Virus record (IMG/VR): IMGVR_UViG_3300038675_000500
Span: 1 to 30,803 of that record
Origin: a virus
Lineage: Duplodnaviria; Caudoviricetes
DNA length: 30,803 nt
Strand: one strand, 5' to 3'
In this document: piece after piece, positions 1 to 12,000 of the stretch
Layout: each line of letters begins with the position of its first letter
Position numbering within the stretch: the first letter of the stretch is position 1
Position numbers and translations under genes: made by a program
The notes under the pieces: generated by a model
What the model was told of the DNA's origin: nothing
Seen by the model: only the letters and a program-made list of their open reading frames with translations
The model's database searches: none

Positions 1-2
1 AG

Positions 3-3000
3 CCTGTTGGGATCCTAAGTTTATCGGAATTTTTAGAGAGGAAAAAGGGGAAATCTGTTTCTGCGCCAGCGGCACCGGAAGGCCCTGGTGATTTCACAAA
101 GCATTGGAATTGGGACGATCTCGAGACTCCGGCCACCGATATAGCCGGGACGGCAGCAGAAGTGCCATCCTCAATCACAGAAAAGACACCGGATACCCGT
201 GTAAGGGGCACCTTCGGGCAGGGCTTTGGCGACATGGAGCAGTGGATGAGGGGAGGTGGACAATATGAGGTTGGCAATGTGGCGTATGACCTATCCCGAA
301 AAAAGCAGATCAATGAGATCGCCCAGGAGTTCGCTTCCGGCAAGCGCCCCGAAGACCAGGACTACGAGCAAACAGTCAACGTATGGCGCCGAGGCCTTCA
401 GGAATTGGAGGAGCAGAATAAGGATCTCGAGAAGCAGTGGGCGAAAAGGGTACGGCCGCCGGTTGGGATGACCGATACCAAGCAGATCCTTGAGTGGAAT
501 AAGGCCCGGGAGCAGTCATGGGATAAGAATAAGGAATGGACAGTTTACCAGGATAGGCGCAAGGCCATGATGGACGAGATCCGCAAGGCCAAAATTCTGG
601 CATCCGAAGAGAAGAAGGGCCCGGAAGATGTTCGCACCCGTGTCATGGAGCGAGCCACGCAGACAGCCTGGCACGAAGACCTGATGGAGAGGGGGAGCCG
701 GAATATCAACGAGGCTGAAGGCCGGATGGGAGAACGAAAGGGATTCTTCTACGAGGCCGGAAAGATGGCCATGAACATCGCCCCATCGGTTGCGGCCGTG
801 GCTTCGTCCATGATCCCGGGAGTAGGAGGGGTGACCTCAAGATTGATTGGTTACGCCAACATCGGGGCCATGAGTATGGGTGTAGGGGGTAATTTCCTGC
901 ACGAATACGACAAATACCACGCCGAGAACAACCTGCCGGTGGATGAGGTCGACCGGTATAAATACTCTGTCGCAGGTATGGCGGCCGAGGCCCTCCCGGA
1001 AATGCTCGGACTGGAGGCCTTCATTCCCAAGGGGTTTATGGCCCGGACGGTCGGCAAGAAGATCCTGGAAGCCGGACCCGGCGGACGGAAGTTGATCAGC
1101 GAGTTTGTCAGCAAGAGCCCGCAGATTGGCAAGCAGGTCCTGAGAAATACGGCTATTGGCGCCCTGGTAGAAGGGCCTGGCGAAGAAGGGGTGACCGAGA
1201 TCGCCCAGGGACTTGTCCGGAACTGGATGGTGGAAGAGGAGGATAAGACCGGATTCCTGGATATGGCCAAGAATGTGGCTGTTGCTTCGGCTATGGGGTC
1301 CGCCATGGGCGGATTCCTGGGGCCGATGGGCACCGCTGCACAGACCATGAACCAGAGACAGGTACGCCAGCAGAACGGAGCAGTCATCCTGGCTGAGAAC
1401 AAGGAAACCGGCGAAGTGGTCGAGGTGACCGGCCGTGATGAGAATGGATATCATACCTATACTCGTGACGGAGTGCATCAGGTGGTGCCAGAGAAGGCCC
1501 TGGGTAGTAATGTGCGAATCCCGATTGACGACTGGAAGAAGATTGAGCTGGCTCTGCCAAAAGAAAAAGACCGGATCTTGGCCATGGAGACCGAGATTAT
1601 GCAGGGGGACATCGACCGCAGGGCGGAAGGTGTTGTCAAAGATATTACTCGTGAAGATGGATCAGTTCTCCAGACCACCGTTGGGATAGGCGAAAGCCAA
1701 AAGCCCGTGTGGATTATCGCAGGGGACCCGGCCGGCGATGACGTGGTAATTGTTTCAGACCAGGATGGCAATCGATGGATGACTTCACCTAAGTTGTTCA
1801 CGACCCCCGTTCAACCACTGGACCCCGTCGCCCTGTACGATCAGATCAGGCAGAGCGGATACCAGAGTATCGGTATTCAACAGATCGACAAAGGCATTCA
1901 GACCGGAGTGGTGGATATTCAGAAGCCCGTTCATCAAGAGATCCCGAAGCCTGGGAGTATGGTCTATTGGAGGGGAGCGGATGGAACAGAGCGCCAAGTC
2001 ACCGTACAACAGGGAGAACCCACCGCAGACGGACAAATACCGATTATCTGGGAGGAAAACGGGGAGGAATTGACCGAGTGGGTCGATCCGTCCGATCTGA
2101 CCAATGAAGAGCAAAAACAGACCCTGGAAGCCCAAAAGCAGGAAGAAGAGATCGCCCCAGGCGAAACGGGAGAGGTAGTCACGGCAGAACAGCCGGCAGT
2201 CAGTTATTCCTTGCCCACAAAGGGAGGGAAAAAGGCCAAGCTGGATGCCGTCAAGACCAGTGAGGATGAAGTGCAGATCAACAAGGTCTTCACCACAAAG
2301 CCCACCGGCACACTGAAGGCCCTGAAGGCGAACTACCCGAAGCGGGATTGGAGCATCGTCGACCAGACCGAGGACGACCCGGATGCTCCAGCGCAGTTCG
2401 TTATTGTCGGGAAAAGTAAGGTTTCAAAGTCGAAAGGTCAGGTTGAACCTGCCCCTGTTGCTACGCTTCAGCAGCCGGAAGTCCAGAAGCCCGTCGCCGA
2501 GTCTCCGATCACGGAAGACCTCACCGAGCCATCCGTCGACAAAATTGAAACAACTGAGGATGTGGTCCGAAAAAAAGCCGCAGAACAACAGCTAACACCT
2601 ACACCCACCAGGCCAGAGATCCGTACTGAACCGGTGACCCCTGACGCCGGACGAGATCAGACTGTTCCCGCCGGACCATACCGTAAGGAAGGGGGAACTG
2701 GAGTTGTGGATCAGCCGGGAGGCGGAGGATTACGACGAGGAGAGCAAGGCCAAAGCCCGCAAGATCCTGTCCAGGCAGTACCCGGATCTGTTCCCTCCGG
2801 AATAAAATACTACAAAAAGGCAACAAACACCGGAGGCACCTTTTACCAGGATGAATCTGGGAAGGTCGTTCCGTTTGAGTCCATACCAAAAGATGCGACC
2901 ATTGTCGATGATTCAATCGAAAAGGCTCCATTTGATAAGCCGAAGTTTGCCGGGGAAGTAATTGAAAAGGGTACCAGCGAGCAGGAATACCGGGCCATGT

Positions 3001-6000
3001 CTGTTGACGACCTGGTGAAACTCAAAAAATCCAAGTACCCGAACCCCGATATCACCACTCCGATGTCGGCGGATGAGAAATTGCTTGACCGGATCATCGC
3101 TGAGAAGTTTAGCGAGATCAATCAGGGCATTCTAGAGAAACGAAAAAAAGAAAAGGAGTACGGGAAGTCGAACACTGTATTCACCGAAGACGCCGCAGCT
3201 AAAGCCAGAGAGATCCTAAAGAGAAAACTCGGCAACCTTAATGTCGGTATTGATCCGGAGGTTATGATGGCCGGGATACAGCTTGCGGGTTATCATATTG
3301 AAGCTGGTGCCAGGAAGTTCGCCGACTTCTCCAGGGCGATGATCAACGACATTGGCGAGGGCATCAGGCCATACCTGAAATCTTTTTACGAAAGTATCCG
3401 TAATTGGCCCGGATTTGTGCCTAAAGATTTGGACAGTCAGCAATTTGTAAGTAACTTTGATATAGACAACTTTAATCCGCAGGAAAATGTATTTGATAGA
3501 CCAGAAAGTAGCCAACCGGATCGCACAAACCGTGCCGATGCAGTACCCGGTGATGAAGAGTCTGTTCCTGCTGGGCGAGAAACAAGCCGAGAGGGAGGAA
3601 CTGGTACTCAGAAACCAGGTGAAGAAGGAAACCGGGGACGACCTGGTGGCAAGAGCGGTAGTGGCTTATTTACCCCTGATCCTGGAGAACCAGGCAATCA
3701 GCCAGTATATCAGCCTGACCAAAAACCAGCAACTAAGGGTAATGATGCCCGAGATTCTTACTCCAAAGGAAGCCTCTTTGGTAGCACAGAGGGAGTTTAT
3801 GATGAGTCAGGAGCAGACCAGGAAAACGAGGAAGGTGATCCTTACGCTTCAAAAAGTTTTGCGGAACAAACCGCAAGGCGCTTAAAGCTCCAGAAGAAAG
3901 CGGAGCCCGTCCAGGTTGTTATTGGAGACCTGGAAAACATTAAGGAGACACTCCCCTTCCTCCTTCCGGAGCAACAGGACGATGTACTCAAGTCAGAAAC
4001 CCGATTTTTCTCGCCGGTCCACAAAACACAGGCCCTTGCAAATGGCAAGGGGTTCCTGTTTACTAATGGAACCGGAACCGGGAAAACTTATACCGGGCTA
4101 GGAATCGTTAAGCGATTTGCCAAGCAGGGCAAAAAGAATATCCTGATCGTTGTGCCAACACAGCCAAAGGTCAATGACTGGGCCAATGATGGCAAAAACC
4201 TCTTCCTGGACATAAAACCACTTCCGGATACATCAACCGGCGGAGAGGGGATAGTTGTAACCACTTATGCAAACTTCAGGGCCAATAATGAGCTCCTGAA
4301 GCGGGACTTCGACCTGATTATTTACGACGAGTGCCACCGGCTGATGGAGAGCAAGGCCGGGAGCGCATCGCAGACCACCGAAACACACTATCTGGCCGCC
4401 AATAAGGACTTTGGTTATGCTTTCAGGCGCCTGACGGGAACCCATCCGTTATGGATCGAAGAGAGGAAGTTGAATAAAATGATCCGGAGACAGGCCAAGA
4501 TCATGAGAAATCCTGACCTGATGGACCATATTTATCAGGAATATCAAAAAAAACTGGATGAATATGAAGCCAAGCTCGAGAAGATAAAAGAGCAACAGGA
4601 GTCCGTCAGGCCAGGGATTGAAGAAAGGGCGAAACAAGCGGCCGAAAATACAAAGGTCGTATTCCTGTCTGCCACACCGTTCAAGTCGCACTTTAACCTT
4701 CGTTATGCTAATGGATTCCTGTTTGATTGGGGGAATGAGACTACTTACGAGGGTTACAGCCGGGTAGATGCTGAGTCCAGATTCTTCCTGGACCATTTTG
4801 GTTCAGCCTATGAATGGAAATTTCATCGCCTACAAACCAAGCAGAATGCCAATGCCGAAGCGATTGCCCTGCAAGAGGTTCAGTTCGCCGAGGGATTGTT
4901 CGAGAAGGGGGTGATGAGTGGTCGGGTTATCGAGAGTGAGCGGGATTATAGCCGGGAATTTCCACGGGTGGCTGGATTGCAGACAAACGACATCAATCAG
5001 GCTTTCTCGGATATTTACAACTACGAGGCCAATGATTTTAATCGATTAAGGGATGCGGCCCGCAGTGTGTTTTATGACTACAACTACTCCACGCAGCTGT
5101 TCGAGTCGCTCCGCACATCCGTATCGATTCCAAGGATCCGCAAGCACATCGAGCTTGGTAGGAAGGTCGTTGTATTCCACCGGCGCAAACAGGCCAATGC
5201 GAGCCCACCCTTTGCGATGGTCCTTGCCATTACTCGCAACACCGCAAATGGAGTGCTTAACAGTGAATTGAGCAGCCAAAAACAAAAGGATGACGCCATG
5301 GAGGCGCTTACTCAGGCCAGCAAATTTGAAAGCAAATATGCCAGCTTATTGGAGTATGAGAAGACATTAAACTACGGTTCCGCCATCAATCAGATCTCAC
5401 AGGCCTTCGGCGACCGAGTGGTATATGTCAACGGGGATATTACCAGCAAAAAAACCAAGTCTGACAATATCCGCAGGTTCCAGGATGACAATTCCGGGGT
5501 TGACATCATTGTGGTCCAAGAGGAATCCGGCAAGGAGGGGATATCCCTTCACGATCAGACCGGAAACCGCCAAAGAGTCCTGATGAGTATGTCTATGCCC
5601 ATCTCTTCCATTACTGCCTTACAGATGGAGGGTAGGATCTATCGGATAGGCCAGGAAACGGATGCGATCTTCGAGTATCCGATCCTGGGGCTCGATATGG
5701 AGATAGCCCATTTCGGGCAAAACATCAACAAAAAGTTAAGCACTACGGAAAATCTGGCCGTTGGCGACCAGTCCAGGGATCTGATCCGATCGTTCGCCGA
5801 AGGTGTACTATTCAGCGAGGGCGAAGAGAACCCGAACAAACAACAGGGCATCGGTGGGAAAGAGTACGACAAGAAGGTTCAGCAAGCAATGTCGGATTTC
5901 CGGAAAGCCATTCTTGTCTATCAGTCAAACCAGAAGAACCGCAGAAGTCGGGGTCAACGTGAGGGTGTTGATTATTTCGCTACACCGGAGCCCCTGGGAC

Positions 6001-9000
6001 AAAAGATGGTTGAGTGGCTCGACCTTCAAGTTGAGGAGACCGCCCTGGAGCCATCTGCCGGCCATGGTGCTATTGCAATGTGGTTCCCCTCATTTACGAA
6101 CATTACGGCCATCGAACCGGCGTTTGAACTCTATTCTAAACTGAACGCTCGCAGTGGTGGTGGTAACCGAAAGATCATTCAGTCAACCTTTGAGGAGCAC
6201 AATATCGTCAATAAGTATGACGGCATTGTGATGAATCCGCCGTTCGGGACAGCTGGCAAAACAGCCATGAATCATGTTGAGAAAGCCTTCAGGCACTTGC
6301 GTAATGGAGGTAGGCTTGTCGCAATAGTCCCGGCCGGCCCGTCAATGGATAAAAGGGTGGATAATTTCCTTTACGGTAAAGATGAGAAAGGACACACCAT
6401 CAACCCAGAAGCCTACCTGGTTGGCGACATCCTGCTGCCATCGGTCACCTTTGAACAGGCCGGGACCTCAGTAAATGCCAGGGTCTTGGTCATTGACAAA
6501 CATATTGCCCCTTTGGATGACCAGCCTAATTTCGGATCCATAGACTTACGGGACGCCAAGAAAATCGGAGAGCTTTTTGAGCGGTTGGAGTTCATTACAG
6601 TACCAGGCAAGGAGAAACCGCAAGAAAGCAGTCCTATTCCTAACCTAAGTTTACAGACTACTGATCGTGGGTATATTCTGCCGAATAAGACCAAGGAGGT
6701 TGGCCAGTTCGAGACCTTCACGCAGAGCCACTCGCAAACTGGCGAAACCCTTTACATGGCCAATCCGTCTATCTTCTTGGCCCGTCCTGAATACGATCGT
6801 ATCAATAAGATTGCCAAAAAACATGGTGGTTATTTCAGCAGCTACTCCAGTGCGGTCAAGAATATAAAGAAGGGATTTGTTTTTAAGAATGAAGAGAGCC
6901 GGACCAAATTTCTGAATGAGGCTGGTGATGCGAGCGTTCCGCTCTCCCAGGGCACACAGCCCAAGGCAGGGATGACGGTCCAGGATGTTCGGAAGATCGT
7001 GGACAAGATCAACTCGGTTGCCGTTAACCCTCCAAAGATTGTCGTTGTGGCCAATGATACCGAATTTCCTGAGAAGATCCGCCAACTGGCTAGCTTCAAG
7101 CCTAACCATATCAAGGCTGCTGTTTATCCAGAAGCGATCTACATGAATGCTTCGATGTTCAGCAATCGGGACCAGGTTGTTGGTACCTGGGTGCATGAGG
7201 TTGGCGTTCATCATGGAATGACTCGATTGATCCCTGATAAGGACATCCGTGACGGCTTATTTCGCAAGGTGTGGATGAGTGCCAATGCACACGCCATGAG
7301 AGGAAATGAGGAGTACAAAAAAATCATCCGGTTTATTAACGAGAACTATCACTTACGCTCGAATATTGAAGCCCAGAAGGGGAACGAATTTCTAGCCTAT
7401 CTTTCCGATAAGGTGATCCGTGGAGACCAACTGACTAATGCAGACCGCACAATTTGGCAGCAATTTATTAACAAAATGAAGGAATTGCTTGCAAGATTGT
7501 TTAACTTCAATGCTGATGTTCTAACCACAAATGAGATTTCCAATATCGTAAGGGCAGCAGTAGAAACAAATTTCAGCAGCCGTATTTCAAAAGATCAAAG
7601 TATCGTTAATGAAAAAGAAAATAAATACAACTTCATCCAAACCCAAATTAACTGGGGTGAGGAAGTATCCTTTAAACGGCCTGAAAATGTCGCTTCTGAC
7701 CCCGGAATGTCCGAAATACAACGGGAAGCAGATTACTCTCCAGATCACAGTAATTCGATAACATTTGCAGAAGATCAATTATCAGATAGGGGTTATTTAA
7801 CATTTATGGGTGACGCCTTAACGGGTCCTGCTAGAATAAAATCTGCAAACGATGTAGCTTTTCTTTTTAAAAACCTTGAAAATGCATCTACAGAGAATGT
7901 GTTTGTTGTCCACATGGACGATAAAGGCAAATATAAGGTTCAATATCTTACAACAGGAAGTAGTGTCGGATCTATTGTGCCAATCAAACATATCATTTCA
8001 GCAGCAAAAGAGTTTGGCGCCACACGATTAGTAATGGTGCACAATCATCCTTCCGGTAATCTTGAGCAATCACAAAATGACAAATTAATAGATGAACAAA
8101 TTCGAAAGGCAGCGGAGGTTGTTGGCATAAATGCTTTACCCGGGATAATCATCAATCTCGACTCAGGGAAATTTGCTATGATAGGTGATCCAAAAAGCGA
8201 TATTCAGAATAAAATAGAGGTCACTGCAAGCATTAAAAAACAAAAGATATATAGTTTCGACAGGAAAAAACTATATGTTCCTTCTTCAGATCGGACAGTC
8301 ATAAGAGAATCTTCAGATATTGCCGAGTTTTTAAGCAAACAAAAGAGAGGTATAGTTGGTAAGGTTCATGCCATAATTTTAGACCAAAGAAATTCCGTTA
8401 CAAAATATATTCTTTATGATGGCAATATATCGACTGATGAATTGTCTAAAGAATTATTGCCTGAAATAGGTAAGAGCGGGGAAAGAGTAGTGATAGCCTC
8501 TAGTTACAATCTCAACTTAGACATAAGAGAATTAAATAGATTACTAGAATATATTGATTCTAAAATATTGGATTACATTATAGTAAAGCAAGATAAAGAC
8601 ATTATACGCAACTATGAGAGCTGGGTAGATAGATACGGAAGTCTTGGTGAAAGTGAATCTAAGTATGGAAATGAAGTAGCTAAAAAGAGGAATCCGATGT
8701 TCGTCGGGGATATGCTCAAGGAAGAAAAGTTTGACCAAGCTACCAGGAAGAAGCTCAATCAGATAGAAAAAGAATACAATGAGACCCCATACAAGGAAAG
8801 CATGGTTAAGTTCGGGATTTCAGAAAAGGGCACCAGTGCGAATGTAGCGGAGGAACCGGGGACAGAATTGCCGGCCACAATCACTATTGACGGAGTAGAG
8901 AGATCAACGACCAATAGTGAGGGGAGACCGATAGCACCTACCGTAGAAGGGATCAGAAACTTCTACCGATGGTTCGGTGAATCAAAAGTGGTGGATGCCC

Positions 9001-12000
9001 AAGGCAGACCGTTGGTGGTGTATCATGGGACGAGGACTAACTTTACAACATTTAGGCGTGGAGATATAGGTTTCCATTTTGGAAACAAGTCACAAGCGAG
9101 AGGGCGTGTAGGCAGAGGCAGAGACGCTATTTTAATGCCTGTCTATCTAAATATAAAGTCGTATGCAGACTTAACTACTGACTTTGGCAACTGGGAAGCA
9201 GATATGGATTTAGCTGACAACCTGCATGAGTGGGGGGTTATTACAGATGAACAACATGCGGAAATAGAAAGCAATCCGGTTGGAGACTACTACAATGGCG
9301 TTTACAGCAGGGCCGCAAGAAGGCTTGTGGGGATGATAAAAGAGAATGGTTACGATGGTATTAGATACAAAAACAGATTTGAGGCCAAAACGGCACCATC
9401 TTTCATCGTTTTCTCTCCATCCCAAATCAAATCTGCCACGGGCAATATGGGATCCTTTGATCCAGATAACAATGATATTCGTTTCCGCACTGTCTCCCCT
9501 ATTGGCTTCTATTCAACCGTGGAGAACGCACTGGAGAGTATCAAACAAGGGAAAGGTACTCCGGAACAGTTCAAAGCTATGCTCCTAAAAAACGGAGCTA
9601 AACAGGCTGAATTGGATTGGATGGACTATGATGGTACATTCACAGGGAAATCAGTAACTAAAACTGAAATACAGGACTGGATCGACCAGAACAGGATCGA
9701 GGTCAAAGAAGTGGAAAAAGGGAAGTTAGGTCAAATAAAGTCAATCCCGAGGAGTGAATGGGTAAATAATCTGATTGATGACAGTGTTCCCGAAAAATTA
9801 AATGATGGTGGTGATTGGGTAGATAGTAATGGATCTTTGATTCTATATAATGGAGAAGAATCATATGTAGATGTATTTATACGTGATCTCGGTGACTATT
9901 TTAGCAGTGATTTTATCAGTACGTTAAAACAATCAGAAAATATAGAAATCACTGATGATACCACCAAATACTCCCAGTACACCCTTCCCGGTGGTAAGAA
10001 CTATAAAGAGTTGTTGTTGACAATGCCAGATAAGTCCCCTAAATTATTTACAACAAAGGTCATTGGAAATAAATGGTTTGTTATAGATAGCGATGGAAAA
10101 ATTGCATCTGAGCCATTAACTGCAAAATTCGAGGCAGAAGAAATTGCTAAACGTAGAACAGAAATTGAAAGCGGTAAAAAAATAAACAACTTTAAATCCT
10201 CCCATTTCGACGAACCGAACATCCTCGCACATATCCGTTTTAATGAAAGAACGGTAAACGGTGAAAGGGTGCTGTTCCTTGAAGAAATCCAGTCAGACTG
10301 GGCGCAGAAAGGAAAGAAGGAAGGGTTTAAAAGCGATTCTAACGAAGACGAATATAATTCTGTATCTGCCGAACTGGCTAGGATTAAAGATGAAAAAGAA
10401 GCATACAGGAAAGAGATTGATCCATATAATGAATCATCAATACCAACTCTAAAGGCTGAATATCCAAGGATGAAAGAACTGGATGAAAAAGAAAATCAGC
10501 TTATTGATAGAGAGTATGAATTAAGAAGAAAGATGAATGGTGTTCCCGACATGCCGTTCAAGCAAACCGGCCAATGGGTGAACCTGGCACTTCGCAGGAT
10601 GATGATGTACGCAGCCGAGAACGGCTACGACCGCATTGCATGGACTACCGGAGAACAACAGGCTGAAAGGTATGATTTGAGTAAACAGGTTGATGCAATA
10701 GAAATTACTAAAGATGCCGATGGTTATAAAATAATTGGAAGGCAGAACGGAGAGAATGCGTTAACTCAATTTGCAGACAATGAGTCTGACTTGGCTAATA
10801 TCATTGGTAAAGAACTGGCAAGTAAAATTGTTAACGACAATATACCAGAAGGGAAAACTAAAATTTACGAAGGGCAAGACATCAAAGTCGGTGGCGAAGG
10901 CATGAAAGGTTTCTACGATAACATCGTCCCGGCACAAGCCAGCAAATTAGTTAAACCATTTGGAGCGAAGTTAGAGACAATAGTTATACAAACCAAGAAG
11001 GAATCTGTCAAGGTTAACTCAATACCCATAACGGAAAGTATGGCATCTTCTGTTCAGCAGGGGGTCCCTTTATTTAGATCTTCAACTGGTAAAAATGTGA
11101 TCGAAGAGGCTAAGTATAATGCCCTACAGAAATTTTTTGACAAGGTATCAAAAGAAGCTATCCAGGCTGGGAAAATCCATGTCTATTCCAGTAGGTCTCA
11201 GGTACCAAAATCACTGCAAAGAGCCCTTCCGAATCAGAAGGTTAGCGGATTTTATACAGCACAGACAGGAGAGTCTTATTTTATTCTAAATGAAATCGAC
11301 AATGTTTCGGAAGCATTCAAGGCATGGGTTCATGAAGTTGGGGTGCATGGAGGTTTACGAAAAATCATTCCTGTATCGGTTTTTAATAAGTTGATGGGAA
11401 AGATTTACAATGATCTTGGAACGAAGGAGATCAGAAGACTTATCCCAGAATATTATTGGGAATTGCCAGAACATATCCAAGCTGAAGAATACCTGGCATT
11501 TCTAGCTGAGAGGATAATCAATGAAGAGGACCTAACGAGTTCGGAAATAAGTACCTGGAGAAAAATCATTGAATCATTTAAAGAATTACTCAATAAATTA
11601 TTTAGGAATGCGAAGTTCACTACGAATGATGCTGAAACGCTTGTCAAAACATCAGTTCAAAACCTATTCCAAAGAGAATCTCTCGCTGGGGATATGCTTC
11701 AGGGGAAATCCAGGAAAGATTATTCTAAAAGAGGAGAAGATGAAATCAGGCTCCGTGTAAGCAAACTCGAAAAAATGTCAGATGGCGAGTTCCGGGAAAA
11801 ATATCGTGACTGGGTACCCACTATGACTAATTTAGAGAACAGCTTCATTGAGCGTAATATCGAACGTACCCTGATAGATTCCGGCCAGGCTCTAAAGAAC
11901 CTGCTGGATGAGGTGGAAAAACGTGGGGTGACAATTGGATACGACAAGAGTGCCTATGAAGAGCAACTCCGTTCCCGTGGAAAAAATCGAACACACATGG

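Noticed and set aside
162-164. GTG at 162 as the start of the giant gene
   Set aside because: The frame is open to the window edge with no stop, so the true start is probably upstream.
3950-6500. Type I/III restriction-modification system
   Set aside because: Helicase and MTase are internal modules of a virion-type polyprotein, and no PD-(D/E)xK nuclease or specificity subunit was recognised.
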